This document shows positions 54,434 to 64,000 of a stretch of DNA of 64,000 nucleotides, in pieces. The notes beneath the pieces were generated by a model that ran no database searches, had not been told where the DNA came from, and saw nothing but the letters and a program-made list of their open reading frames with translations. Source of the DNA: an uncultured Verrucomicrobiae bacterium (lineage in GTDB: Bacteria; Verrucomicrobiota; Verrucomicrobiia; Limisphaerales; UBA1100); NCBI GenBank assembly GCA_937775205.1, contig CALKBX010000005.1:269087-333086 (forward strand), given 5' to 3'. Every line of letters begins with the position of its first letter. Position 1 is the first letter of the stretch. The position numbers and the translations under genes were made by a program.

Positions 54434-55146
54434 TGAAGTTTGCCGTCCTTCAGTTCCCCGGCTCCAATTGCGACCAGGATTGCGTGCACGTGTTGCGCTC
54501 CGTGCTCGGTCGCCCCACGGAGTTGCTGTGGCACAAGGAATACTCGGTGGGTGATGCCGATGCGGTTTTCATTCCCGGCGGTTTCAGCTATGGCGATTAT
54601 CTCCGCACCGGCTCCATCGCACGCTTCAGCCCCGTGATGGGCGCGGTGAAGGAATTTGCCGAAAACGGCGGCCACGTGTTCGGAATCTGCAACGGGTTCC
54701 AAATCCTTTGCGAAGCGGGAATGCTCCCCGGCGCACTCATTCGCAACCGCTCACTGCAATTTCGTTGCGAACACGTGTACCTGCAAATCGCCTCGCGCGT
54801 TTCCCCCTTCACCGGCCAAATCCCCGAAGGCAAAAACCTCCGCCTCCCCATCGCCCACGGCGAAGGCAATTATTTTTGTGACGACGAAACGCTGCAGTCA
54901 CTCGAGGCAAACGACCAAATCCTTTTCCAATACGTCGATGCCGAAGGCGACCTCACCGATCACGCCAACCCCAACGGCTCGTTGGCCAACATCGCCGGCA
55001 TCTGCAACGAAAAACGCAACGTCGCCGGCATGATGCCCCACCCCGAACGCGCCGCCGAAGCGGCCCTCGGCGGCACCGATGGCCGCCTCATTTTCGAAAG
55101 CCTCATCGCCGCATTAAAAACCCAATCCACCCTCGCCTCCGTCTGA
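54433..55146 (+). CDS. purQ: Phosphoribosylformylglycinamidine synthase glutaminase subunit PurQ
   Basis: [16 protein letters not shown]..., GICNGFQIL (nucleophile Cys) and MPHPER. Confidence 0.9.
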   Translation: MKFAVLQFPGSNCDQDCVHVLRSVLGRPTELLWHKEYSVGDADAVFIPGGFSYGDYLRTGSIARFSPVMGAVKEFAENGGHVFGICNGFQILCEAGMLPGALIRNRSLQFRCEHVYLQIASRVSPFTGQIPEGKNLRLPIAHGEGNYFCDDETLQSLEANDQILFQYVDAEGDLTDHANPNGSLANIAGICNEKRNVAGMMPHPERAAEAALGGTDGRLIFESLIAALKTQSTLASV

Positions 55147-57461
55147 TGCCCACCGAACCCGCCATTACGCCGGAGTTGGTTGCGGAGCACAATCTTACGC
55201 CGGAGGAGTACGAAGGCATTTTGGAATTGCTCGGTCGCGCGCCTAACTACACCGAGCTGGGTATTTTCAGTGTGATGTGGAGCGAGCATTGTTCGTACAA
55301 AAACACGCGCGCTTTATTAAAGGGCTTCCCCACAGAATCACCGCGCGTGCTCGTGGCGGCGGGCGAGGAGAACGCCGGCATTCTCGACATCGGTGATGGC
55401 CTCGCCATCTCGTTCAAGATCGAAAGCCACAATCACCCCAGCGCCGTGGAGCCATTCCAAGGCGCGGCCACGGGCGTGGGCGGGATCATTCGCGATATTT
55501 TTACAATGGGCGCGCGGCCGGTTTGTGCCATCAACTCGCTGCGCTTTGGCGAGCTTTCCAACCCCGAAGTGCGGAGGCTCTTTCGCGGTGTGGTCAGTGG
55601 CATCGCGCATTATGGAAATTGCTTTGGCATTCCAACCGTCGGCGGTGAAGTTTATTTTGATAAAAGCTACGAAGGTAATCCGCTTGTAAACGCATTCGCC
55701 CTCGGCGTGTTGCGGCACGACCAAATTGCGCGTGGCGCGGCGAAGGGCGTGGGCAATCCGGTTTTTTACGTCGGCCCCGCCACAGGGCGCGATGGCCTCG
55801 CGGGCGCGGCGTTTGCTTCGCAGGATCTCACCGAGGAATCGGCCGAGATTCAACGTGGAGCGGTGCAGGTGGGCGATCCATTTATGGAAAAACTTTGCAT
55901 GGAGGCGTGCCTCGAATTGTTGGCCACCGGCGCAGTGGCGGGCATTCAGGATATGGGCGCGGCGGGGCTCACTTGCTCGACTTGCGAAACCGCCGCACGC
56001 GGCGGCACGGGCATCGAGATTGATTTAGCAAAAGTGCCGCAGCGTAGTCCGGGCATGACGCCTTACGAAATTTTATTGAGCGAATCGCAGGAGCGAATGC
56101 TCATCATCATTGAGCAAGGCCGCGAAGAGGAGGTCAAACGCATTTTCGACAAATGGGATTTGCCGTGGGCGGAAATCGGCCACGTGACAGACACCGGCCA
56201 AATGGTCGTAAAAAACCACGGCGAAATTGTCGTCGACCTCCCCGCCAGCAAGCTCGCCGATGACGCGCCCCTTTATCATCGCGAAGCTACGGAGCCCAAG
56301 TACCTCGCCGCCGTGCGCGCCTTCACGCTCGAGGGCATCGACGATTTGGACGACCCCACCGCCGCGCTCGGCAAACTGCTCAAGTGGCCGACCATCGCCT
56401 CCAAAAATTGGGTGTACCGCCAGTACGACCACATGGTGCGCGCCAACACGATGGTCAATCCCGGCAGCGACGCCGCTGTCATTCGCATCAAGGCCGACAG
56501 CATTCCTGGCGGCGATGACCGCAACGGCGACTTCCCCGAAAAGCTGCTCGCGCTCGCGGTTGATTGCAATGCCACGCACGTTTATCTCGATCCATTTGAG
56601 GGTGCCAAAGCGGCGGTCGCCGAGTGCGCGCGCAACCTTGCGTGCAGTGGCGCCACGCCGATTGGCTCCACCGATAATTTGAACTTCGGCAATCCGCACA
56701 ATCCTGAGTTGTTTTGGCAACTCAAAGAATCCGTGCGCGGCTTGGCCGAGGGCTGCGCGGCATTTGACGCGCCGGTCACCGGCGGCAACGTCAGCCTTTA
56801 CAACCAAAACCCCGAAGGCGCAATTGACCCCACGCCCACGATGGCGATGGTGGGCATCATCGAAGACGCGGCCCACGTGACGACGCAGTGGTTCAAGGAC
56901 GAAGGCGACGCGATTATTTTATTGGGCGAACCAGTGGACACTGAAGACCCGCTCCACGGCCTCGGTGGCTCGGCGTTTTTGCAGGTGTTGCACGAGCAAA
57001 AAACCGGCACGCCGGCGCGTTGTAATTTGGAAACCGAACGCACGCTCGGCACCACGCTGCTCGGTCTCATCCAAAGCGGTCTCGTAAAAGGCGCGCACGA
57101 TTGCGCCGAGGGCGGCCTCGCCGTGGCCTTGGCGGAATGCTGTTTTTCAGAATTGGAAGGCCGCAACACGCCGCGCTTCACCGGCGCGGAAATTGATTTG
57201 AGCGAACTGGAATGCGACCGTCTCGACGCGCTTTTGTTTGGCGAAACCCTCGGGCGCATTGTCATCACCACCTCGGAGCTGGACTCCGTAAAAGCCATCG
57301 AGCGCGCCAAACTGATGGGCGTGCCCGCGCGGCGCATTGGCACGGTGAGTGCCGAAAAAGGCGCGGCCTTGAAAATTAAGTCGACGACTGGCGAGTGGTC
57401 GTGGGAGGTTGCCGGTTTGCACGATCTTTGGTGGAACTCAATCGACAACGCAATGGCTTAG
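55146..57461 (+). CDS. purL: Phosphoribosylformylglycinamidine synthase subunit PurL
   Basis: 771 aa. [18 protein letters not shown] and GGIIRD motifs. It overlaps purQ by 1 nt. Confidence 0.9.
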   Translation: MPTEPAITPELVAEHNLTPEEYEGILELLGRAPNYTELGIFSVMWSEHCSYKNTRALLKGFPTESPRVLVAAGEENAGILDIGDGLAISFKIESHNHPSAVEPFQGAATGVGGIIRDIFTMGARPVCAINSLRFGELSNPEVRRLFRGVVSGIAHYGNCFGIPTVGGEVYFDKSYEGNPLVNAFALGVLRHDQIARGAAKGVGNPVFYVGPATGRDGLAGAAFASQDLTEESAEIQRGAVQVGDPFMEKLCMEACLELLATGAVAGIQDMGAAGLTCSTCETAARGGTGIEIDLAKVPQRSPGMTPYEILLSESQERMLIIIEQGREEEVKRIFDKWDLPWAEIGHVTDTGQMVVKNHGEIVVDLPASKLADDAPLYHREATEPKYLAAVRAFTLEGIDDLDDPTAALGKLLKWPTIASKNWVYRQYDHMVRANTMVNPGSDAAVIRIKADSIPGGDDRNGDFPEKLLALAVDCNATHVYLDPFEGAKAAVAECARNLACSGATPIGSTDNLNFGNPHNPELFWQLKESVRGLAEGCAAFDAPVTGGNVSLYNQNPEGAIDPTPTMAMVGIIEDAAHVTTQWFKDEGDAIILLGEPVDTEDPLHGLGGSAFLQVLHEQKTGTPARCNLETERTLGTTLLGLIQSGLVKGAHDCAEGGLAVALAECCFSELEGRNTPRFTGAEIDLSELECDRLDALLFGETLGRIVITTSELDSVKAIERAKLMGVPARRIGTVSAEKGAALKIKSTTGEWSWEVAGLHDLWWNSIDNAMA

Positions 57462-57465
57462 CAGA

Positions 57466-58923
57466 ATGAGCGACGAACAGGATTACCCCAAACATTACTG
57501 CGGCGTGTTCGGCGTGCACGGCCATCCCAACGCCGCCGAGCTGACGTATTACGGCTTGTACGCGCTGCAACATCGCGGGCAGGAAAGCGCCGGCATTGTC
57601 TCCAATGACGGCACGCAGTTTCGCGAGCACAAAGGGATGGGCCTCGTGCCGCAGGTTTTCAAAGGCGACGTGCTGCACGACTTGGTCGGCCACACCGCCA
57701 TCGGCCACGCGCGCTATTCCACCACCGGCAGTTCAAACATCGGCAACGCGCAGCCGCTCACGGTGGATTGTTCGCGCGGCCAAATTTCCATCGCCCACAA
57801 CGGCAACCTCACCAACGCCGCCGTGCTGCGCGAGGAACTCGAAGAGCGCGGCTCCATTTTCCAAACCACGGTCGACAGCGAAATCGTTTTGCATTGGCTC
57901 GCCCAGCCGACGAGCAATGGCGAGAACACGCTCGTCAGTACCATTCGCAAACTCGAAGGCGCGTACTCGCTCATCATTCTTACTGAAAACGAAATGATCG
58001 GCGTGCGCGATCCGCACGGCTTCCGCCCGCTGTGCATCGGCCAGCTCGCGAGTGGCGCGTACGTGCTCAGCAGCGAAACGTGCGCGTTGGATTTGATTGA
58101 GGCCAAGTTTGTGCGCGACGTGGAGCCGGGCGAAATTGTCATTATTAACGACGATGGATTGCGCAGCATCGAGGCTTTTCCCGAACAGGAGAAACGGTCA
58201 TTTTGCATTTTTGAGTACGTCTACTTTTCACGGCCGGACAGCAACCTCAACGGCCGCAATGTTTACAAAGTGCGCGTGGATATGGGGCGCGAGTTGGCGC
58301 GCGAAAACCCCATCGAAGCCGACATCGTGGTGCCCATTCCCGACAGCGGCAACTGCGCTGCGCTGGGTTACGCGCTGGAAAGCGGGATCCCCTTCGAGAT
58401 GGCTTTCGTTCGCAATCACTACGTGGGCCGTAGCTTTTTGCAGCCGAGCCAGCTCATTCGCGATTTCAACGTGCGCGTGAAGCTCAACCTCATCACCGAT
58501 CTCGTGAAGGACAAGCGCGTCATCATCGTGGATGATTCCATCGTGCGCGGCACCACATGTCAAAAGCGCGTGAATGGACTCAAGGAAGCCGGGGCCAAAG
58601 AAGTGCACGTGCTGGTAAGCTGTCCGCCGCACAAAAATCCGTGCGTGTATGGAATTGATTTTCCTGATCGCAGCAAGCTGATGGCGGCCAATAACACCAT
58701 TGAAGAAATTTGCACTTATCTGAATGCCGACTCGCTGAATTATCTTTCGCAAGACGGAATGGTGCGCGCCACGGGCCATCCAAAGGAATCATTTTGCATG
58801 GCGTGTTACGATGGAAATTATCCGGTGGAATACGATCCCGCCGTGGACAAGCACATTATGGAACGCCAGCGTGATCGCGCCAAAAGCCTCTTGGCGGATG
58901 ACGACCAGCCCAGACTTTTGTGA
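57466..58923 (+). CDS. purF: Amidophosphoribosyltransferase
   Basis: The start was trimmed to the ATG at 57466. There is a propeptide, then CGVFGV (N-terminal nucleophile Cys). RHRGQESAGI and the PRPP loop VIIVDDSIVRGTT are present. Confidence 0.9.
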   Translation: MSDEQDYPKHYCGVFGVHGHPNAAELTYYGLYALQHRGQESAGIVSNDGTQFREHKGMGLVPQVFKGDVLHDLVGHTAIGHARYSTTGSSNIGNAQPLTVDCSRGQISIAHNGNLTNAAVLREELEERGSIFQTTVDSEIVLHWLAQPTSNGENTLVSTIRKLEGAYSLIILTENEMIGVRDPHGFRPLCIGQLASGAYVLSSETCALDLIEAKFVRDVEPGEIVIINDDGLRSIEAFPEQEKRSFCIFEYVYFSRPDSNLNGRNVYKVRVDMGRELARENPIEADIVVPIPDSGNCAALGYALESGIPFEMAFVRNHYVGRSFLQPSQLIRDFNVRVKLNLITDLVKDKRVIIVDDSIVRGTTCQKRVNGLKEAGAKEVHVLVSCPPHKNPCVYGIDFPDRSKLMAANNTIEEICTYLNADSLNYLSQDGMVRATGHPKESFCMACYDGNYPVEYDPAVDKHIMERQRDRAKSLLADDDQPRLL

Positions 58924-58998
58924 ATGACCAATCCCCAAAATTCAATGACCAAGGAATGAGCAATCCTCAAACTCCAACGGGTCATTTTGTCATTCGCC

Positions 58999-60054
58999 AT
59001 GGGTAAAACCGCTTACGCACAAGCCGGCGTCGACCTCGCCTTGGGCAACCAAGTTAAGGCCGGTCTTTCGCGGTTGCTCAAATCCGCATCGCGTCCCGAA
59101 GTGCTCGGCAAAGTCGGCGGCTTCGGCGGTCTCTTCGCGCTCAAGACCGGTAAGTACAAAAACCCCGTCCTCGTCTCCAGTGTCGATGGCGTGGGTACCA
59201 AGCTCAAGGTCGCCTTTGCGATGAATCGCCATCACACCATCGGGCAGGATTTGGTCAACCACTGCGTGGACGACATCGCCGTGCTCGGCGCGGAGCCATT
59301 ATTTTTTCTCGATTATCTCGGCACGGGCGTCTTGAAGCCGAATGTGTTTGAGCAAATCATTGCCGGCTTCGCGCTCGGCTGCGCGGAAAATAACTGCGCC
59401 CTCATCGGCGGCGAAACGGCGCAGATGTCCACCTTTTATCAAAAAGGTGAGTACGACGTCAGCGGCACCATCGTCGGTGTGGTCGAGAAAAGCGTGATGC
59501 TCGACGGACGCGGCATCAAGCCCGGCGACGCCGTCATCGGCATCGCCAGCAGCGGACTGCACACCAATGGCTACTCGCTCGCGCGCCAAGTGTTTTTCGA
59601 AACCATGAAACTCAAACCGCGCAGCCGCGTGCCCGAGCTCGGCTGCAGCGTGGGCGATGAGCTGCTGAAAATCCACGTCAGCTATGGCCCGCTCGTGCGT
59701 GCGTTGCTGAAAAGCTTCAACAAACCCCGCCGCGTCCGCGCCATAAAAGGGCTCGCGCACATTACCGGCGGCGGCTTCATCGACAACATCCCGCGCGTGC
59801 TGCCCAAAAACTGCGGCGTCACCATTCGCCAAGGCACGTGGCCCGTGCTGCCGGTTTTTGACCTCATCCAAAAACACGGCAAAGTTTCCACCGCCGAGAT
59901 GCATCAAGTTTTCAACATGGGCATCGGCATGACCGCCATCGTCAGCGGCACGAAGGCGGACAGCATCCTCCGCAGCATCCGCCGCCGAGGCCACGCCGCA
60001 TGGATCATCGGCGACGTGACAAAAGGCGGTGGCAAAGTTAAATTAACAACGTGA
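58999..60054 (+). CDS. purM: Phosphoribosylformylglycinamidine cyclo-ligase (AIR synthetase)
   Basis: MGKTAYAQAGVDLALGNQ..., SVDGVGTKL and GGETAQM. The ATG at 58999 was preferred over the TTG at 58987. Confidence 0.9.
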   Translation: MGKTAYAQAGVDLALGNQVKAGLSRLLKSASRPEVLGKVGGFGGLFALKTGKYKNPVLVSSVDGVGTKLKVAFAMNRHHTIGQDLVNHCVDDIAVLGAEPLFFLDYLGTGVLKPNVFEQIIAGFALGCAENNCALIGGETAQMSTFYQKGEYDVSGTIVGVVEKSVMLDGRGIKPGDAVIGIASSGLHTNGYSLARQVFFETMKLKPRSRVPELGCSVGDELLKIHVSYGPLVRALLKSFNKPRRVRAIKGLAHITGGGFIDNIPRVLPKNCGVTIRQGTWPVLPVFDLIQKHGKVSTAEMHQVFNMGIGMTAIVSGTKADSILRSIRRRGHAAWIIGDVTKGGGKVKLTT

Positions 60055-61343
60055 ACATTCTCTTAATAGGCGGTGGCGGGCGGGAGCACGCTTTGGCTTG
60101 GAAGTTGGCGCAGAGCAAACGCGTGAAGCGGCTTTGGGTGGCGCCGGGGAATGGCGGCATCGCAGGCGAGGTGACCGCGGGCGGCGAGCCGGTGGAGTGC
60201 GTGCCGGTGGGCGCGGAGGATTTGGAGGCGTTGCTGGATTTCGCGCGAGCGCATCAGCCAGAGCTCACGGTGGTGGGGCCGGATAATCCGCTGGCGGCGG
60301 GCATTGTGGATTTATTTGAGGAAAATGATTTGCGCATTTGGGGGCCCAACGCGGAGGCGGCGCAGTTTGAATCGTCCAAAGTGTTCGCGCAGGATTTCAT
60401 GGCGAGGCACAGCATCCCCACCGCGCGGGCGGGCACGTTCAATTTCCCGACGGCGGCCAAGGCATTCGCGGGCGAGTTGAATGGGCGTTGCGTGGTGAAG
60501 GCGGATGGGCTGGCATTGGGCAAAGGAGTTTTGATTTGCGAAACGCTGGAGGAAGCGGAGGCGGCGATTGACTCGGTGATGGTCGATCAACAATTTGGCG
60601 AGGCGGGCGATCAAGTGGTGATCCAGGAATTTCTCAAAGGCACCGAAATTTCGCTGCACGTGATGTGCGATGGCCGCACCACGATTTTGTTTCCCACTTC
60701 GCAGGATCACAAACGTGCGCTGGACGGCGACCGCGGCCTCAACACCGGCGGCATGGGCACCTTTTCGCCCGCGCCGTTTTTAAGCGATGAGGATTTAGCG
60801 CAAGCCGCGAAGGCCATCATTGACCCGTGGCAGTTGGGGTGTCAGGTGGAGGGTATTGATTTTCGCGGCATGCTTTATCCCGGCCTGATGTTAACCGACG
60901 CCGGCCCGAAGGTGCTGGAGTTTAACGCGCGCTGGGGCGACCCCGAAACTCAGGTGTACCTCGCGCGATTGGAAACGGATCTCGTGGATTTATTCGAGGC
61001 GAGCATTGACCGCCGCCTCGCGGAGATGGACGTGCACTGGAACGATCAAGCCGCCGTGTGCGTGGTGATGGCTTCCGGCGGTTATCCCGAAAGCTACGCC
61101 AAAGGCAAACCCATCACTGGTATCGCGGATGCCGACGCGATGGAAGGCGTCAAAGTCTTCCACGCCGGAACCAAAATAAATGGCGAAAACCTCGTCACAA
61201 GCGGCGGCCGCGTGCTGGGCGTTACGGCGCTGGGCGACACGCTAGGCGAGGCGCGCGATCTCGCTTATGCGGCGGTGGATAAAATAAAGTTTGAAGGCGC
61301 GCACGTTCGCGGGGATATTGCCGCCAAGGCGTTGACCGATTGA
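60051..61343 (+). CDS. purD: Phosphoribosylamine--glycine ligase
   Basis: GTG start overlapping the purM stop. [19 protein letters not shown]..., with an ATP-grasp body. Confidence 0.9.
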   Translation: MNILLIGGGGREHALAWKLAQSKRVKRLWVAPGNGGIAGEVTAGGEPVECVPVGAEDLEALLDFARAHQPELTVVGPDNPLAAGIVDLFEENDLRIWGPNAEAAQFESSKVFAQDFMARHSIPTARAGTFNFPTAAKAFAGELNGRCVVKADGLALGKGVLICETLEEAEAAIDSVMVDQQFGEAGDQVVIQEFLKGTEISLHVMCDGRTTILFPTSQDHKRALDGDRGLNTGGMGTFSPAPFLSDEDLAQAAKAIIDPWQLGCQVEGIDFRGMLYPGLMLTDAGPKVLEFNARWGDPETQVYLARLETDLVDLFEASIDRRLAEMDVHWNDQAAVCVVMASGGYPESYAKGKPITGIADADAMEGVKVFHAGTKINGENLVTSGGRVLGVTALGDTLGEARDLAYAAVDKIKFEGAHVRGDIAAKALTD

Positions 61344-61366
61344 CCGGCCGCGCCACCCAACCGGGA

Positions 61367-63511
61367 ATGAAAAAAATTCTCTTTATCTGCACGGGCAACA
61401 TCTGCCGCAGCCCGATGGCCGAAGGCTTTTTCCGCGAACTCATGCAAGAGCAGGGCGGCTATGAAGCACTGTCGGCCGGCCTCGGCGCGATCGATGGCGC
61501 TTCGCCCAGCGTGCACTCGGTCACCGCGATGCAGGGATTGGGCATCGACATCACCGCCCAGCGCAGCGCGCAAATCACCCCGGAAATGGTCGCGGAATCC
61601 GATTACATTTTTGGCCTCGCTAGCGGGCACGTGGACAATATTATTCGCTTTTTCCCTCAAGCGCGCGAGCGGGTGTTTCTGCTGCGCGAGTTTGTGGAGG
61701 CACTTCCCGCCGATCGCAAGGATATTGCCGATCCCATCGGCGGCGACCTTGCAATTTACAAAGTCTGCCGCAATCAAATCAAGGAGGGCATCGAGGCGCT
61801 CATTCCATTTGTGAATCAAACTTCAATGACATCATCAGTGAAAAAAAATAACACCCTCGCCATCGGCGCGGATCATGGCGGGTTTGCGCTCAAGGAAACC
61901 CTGCGCGAGCATCTCGAAACCCAAGGCATCACCGTGCAGGATTACGGCCCCGCCAACGAAGACTCCTGCGATTATCCCGACTTCGCCCAAGCCGTGGCTC
62001 GCAGCGTGGCCAGCGGGCAACACGCCCGCGGCGTGCTCATTTGCAAATCCGGCGTGGGTATGAGCATGGCCGCCAACAAAGTGGCCGGCGTGCGCGCAGC
62101 GCTCATCGACGAGCCCGGCACGGCGGTGCTCGCGCGTCAGCACAACGACGCCAACGTACTTTGTTTGTCCGCCAACAAAACCGGCGCGGAGGCGGCTAAA
62201 GATATTTTGGAATCATTCCTCGGTACGGAGTTCGAGGGCGGCCGCCACGCGCGGCGCGTTGACAAACTTGAATCCGATCATCGCGTGGAAGTGGTGGATC
62301 CCGATGTGGACGAGGTGCTGCGCAAGGAGAAACAACGCCAACAGGAAAACATTGAGCTGATTGCCAGCGAGAATTTCACTAGCCCCGCCGTGATGGAGGC
62401 GCAGGGCTCCACGCTCACCAATAAATATGCCGAGGGCTATCCCGGCAAACGCTGGTACGGCGGTTGCGAACACGTGGACGTCGTGGAAGAACTGGCCATT
62501 GAGCGCGCGAAAAAAGTTTTCGGCGCGGATTATGTGAACGTCCAGCCGCATTCCGGCAGTGGCGCGAATATGGCCGTGTATTTCGCGGTGCTCAAACCGG
62601 GCGATAAAATGCTGACGATGGATCTCAACCACGGCGGCCATCTCACGCACGGCAACGCAGCGAATTTTTCCGGCAAGTTTTTCGAGATTGTCCACTACGG
62701 CGTGCGTAAGGAGGACGAGCGGATTGATTACGATCAACTCGCCGAAATGGCGATGGAGCACAAACCGAAAATGATCACCGTGGGCGCGAGCGCGTATCCG
62801 CGGCTCATCGATTTTCAGCGGATGGGCGAGATCGCCAAGGCAAGCGGCGCAATGTTGCTGGCGGACATCGCACACATCGCCGGGCTCGTGGCCGCCGGAT
62901 GCCATCCCAGCCCCGTGCCGCACGCGGATTTTGTCACCACCACCACCCACAAAACTTTGCGCGGCCCGCGCGGCGGCCTCATTATGGCGCGCGCGGAATA
63001 TGCCAAAAAGCTCAACAGCAATGTGTTCCCCGGCATCCAAGGCGGGCCGCTCATGCACGTCATCGCCGCCAAGGCGGTGTGTTTGAAAGAAGCGCTTGCG
63101 CCGGAGTTCAAGGAATACCAACAGCAAATTATTTTGAACGCCAAGGCGTTGGCCGATGGAATGGAGCGCAATGGATACCGGTTGGTGAGTGGCGGCACGG
63201 ATAATCATTTGCTGCTGGTGGACGTGCAAAGCAAGGGTCTCACCGGCAAGGAATGCCAGGAAGCGCTCGATACCGCGGGCATTACGGTGAATAAAAACAC
63301 GATTCCGTTTGAGACGCTTTCGCCGTTCAAGGCCAGTGGCGTGCGGCTGGGCACGCCGGCGATGACCAGCCGTGGGATGCGCGAGGAGGAAATGGAGGCC
63401 ATCGCGGACATGATTGCCGAGGTTTTGGCCGATGTGAAAAATGTTGACGCCGCCCGCAAAGTCCGCCAGCGTGTCCGCGAACTGACCACGCGTTTCCCGC
63501 TTCCGTATTGA
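61367..63511 (+). CDS. glyA: Three-domain fusion ORF: LMW protein (Tyr/Arg) phosphatase + ribose-5-phosphate isomerase B + serine hydroxymethyltransferase
   Basis: - One uninterrupted frame, with the start trimmed to the ATG at 61367.
- Residues ~1-155 form the phosphatase domain: [19 protein letters not shown] (CX5R-S P-loop) and DIADPIGG.
- Residues ~165-310 form RpiB: [14 protein letters not shown]..., [23 protein letters not shown].
- Residues ~315-714 form SHMT: [45 protein letters not shown] (PLP lysine). Confidence 0.85.
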   Translation: MKKILFICTGNICRSPMAEGFFRELMQEQGGYEALSAGLGAIDGASPSVHSVTAMQGLGIDITAQRSAQITPEMVAESDYIFGLASGHVDNIIRFFPQARERVFLLREFVEALPADRKDIADPIGGDLAIYKVCRNQIKEGIEALIPFVNQTSMTSSVKKNNTLAIGADHGGFALKETLREHLETQGITVQDYGPANEDSCDYPDFAQAVARSVASGQHARGVLICKSGVGMSMAANKVAGVRAALIDEPGTAVLARQHNDANVLCLSANKTGAEAAKDILESFLGTEFEGGRHARRVDKLESDHRVEVVDPDVDEVLRKEKQRQQENIELIASENFTSPAVMEAQGSTLTNKYAEGYPGKRWYGGCEHVDVVEELAIERAKKVFGADYVNVQPHSGSGANMAVYFAVLKPGDKMLTMDLNHGGHLTHGNAANFSGKFFEIVHYGVRKEDERIDYDQLAEMAMEHKPKMITVGASAYPRLIDFQRMGEIAKASGAMLLADIAHIAGLVAAGCHPSPVPHADFVTTTTHKTLRGPRGGLIMARAEYAKKLNSNVFPGIQGGPLMHVIAAKAVCLKEALAPEFKEYQQQIILNAKALADGMERNGYRLVSGGTDNHLLLVDVQSKGLTGKECQEALDTAGITVNKNTIPFETLSPFKASGVRLGTPAMTSRGMREEEMEAIADMIAEVLADVKNVDAARKVRQRVRELTTRFPLPY

Positions 63512-63613
63512 TCTGCCGGGAGATTGCCGGTTCCGCATTCCTCGAATTCCCAACCACGGCTGGGCGCACATTGCGCGGGGCACAAAAAATTTAATCCACA
63601 TAAAATACACGAC

Positions 63614-64000
63614 ATGCCCAGACCCCCGAACAAATCCGCCAATAAAAATCCCAAGCGCCGCCCCATGAAGCGCGGCTCACGTAAGCGCAGCGGCAGCAAT
63701 GTTCCCGATGGATTGCCGCGCGACGTGGAGGAACACGGCGAAGATCTCGCCGCGTTGGAGGAAGCCGATGGCGAAGAAATTCGCATGGGCGATCTCCAGC
63801 AAAAAGACATCGCCGAGCTCAACATCATCGCTAAGGAAATGGAGGTGGAGAACTTCGGCACCATGCGCAAGCACGAGGTCATTTTCCAAATCCTCCGCAA
63901 ACACGCCGATAACCGCGGCATCCTCATCGCCGAGGGCGTGCTGGAAATTCTGCCCGAGGGCTTTGGTTTCCTGCGCTCGCCTTATTATAATTACCTGCCG
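63614..64000 (+). CDS. rho: Transcription termination factor Rho, N-terminal part (runs off the right edge)
   Basis: ATG at 63614, 129 codons with no stop. A basic N-terminal extension is followed by DLQQKDIAELNIIAKEMEVENFGTMRKHEVIFQILRKHADNRGILIAEGVLEILPEGFGFLRSPYYNYLP, the canonical Rho N-terminal domain. Confidence 0.9.
   Translation, partial: MPRPPNKSANKNPKRRPMKRGSRKRSGSNVPDGLPRDVEEHGEDLAALEEADGEEIRMGDLQQKDIAELNIIAKEMEVENFGTMRKHEVIFQILRKHADNRGILIAEGVLEILPEGFGFLRSPYYNYLP

Overview
This is a high-GC bacterial chromosomal window. GC was judged by eye, not computed. The gene content looks like a PVC-group organism, most plausibly Verrucomicrobiota: a DUF1559-type prepilin-like protein, FG-GAP/ASPIC-UnbV lipoproteins, a secreted prenyltransferase-like repeat protein and the futalosine menaquinone pathway. 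Layout, left to right:
- (1) 1-18.4 kb, envelope and secreted proteins: a Gly/Met repeat protein, a ClC channel, an exported dioxygenase, PrsW, two paralogous CRTAC1-like lipoproteins flanking an HlyD-like adaptor, an exported TPR-CHAT protease, then tRNA-Leu(UAG).
- (2) 18.5-35.5 kb, a surface-glycan cluster: two GT4s, rfbF/rfbG, C-/O-methyltransferases, an RmlC-like epimerase, PhyH, GNAT, WbqC, CmcI, DegT, a GT2 and a very large polytopic membrane protein.
- (3) nif3 and speA.
- (4) A futalosine-pathway block on the minus strand (mqnC ... mqnA-mqnE-ubiA-ubiX), interrupted by a low-GC insert.
- (5) Housekeeping genes: amidase, lpd, pssA and a PpiD-like chaperone.
- (6) A small low-GC lipoprotein/CxxC-membrane/pseudopilin operon.
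- (7) purS-purQ-purL-purF-purM-purD, a three-domain LMW-PTP/RpiB/GlyA fusion ORF, and the start of rho.

Most notable observations:
- An unannotated selenoprotein gene: an iodothyronine-deiodinase-like thioredoxin fold with in-frame TGA at 17407-17409, apparently fused to an EF-hand module.
- Five +1-type frame disruptions and one in-frame TAA, concentrated in accessory genes.
- A low-GC insert between mqnA and mqnC that carries a PilN/PilO/PilP-like reading frame and starts with a duplicated mqnA 3' end.
- The PTP-RpiB-SHMT fusion.

No CRISPR array, transposase, integrase or rRNA was seen. All calls come from reading the sequence and ORF translations and recalling family motifs. No searches or computations were run, and start codons were chosen by eye.
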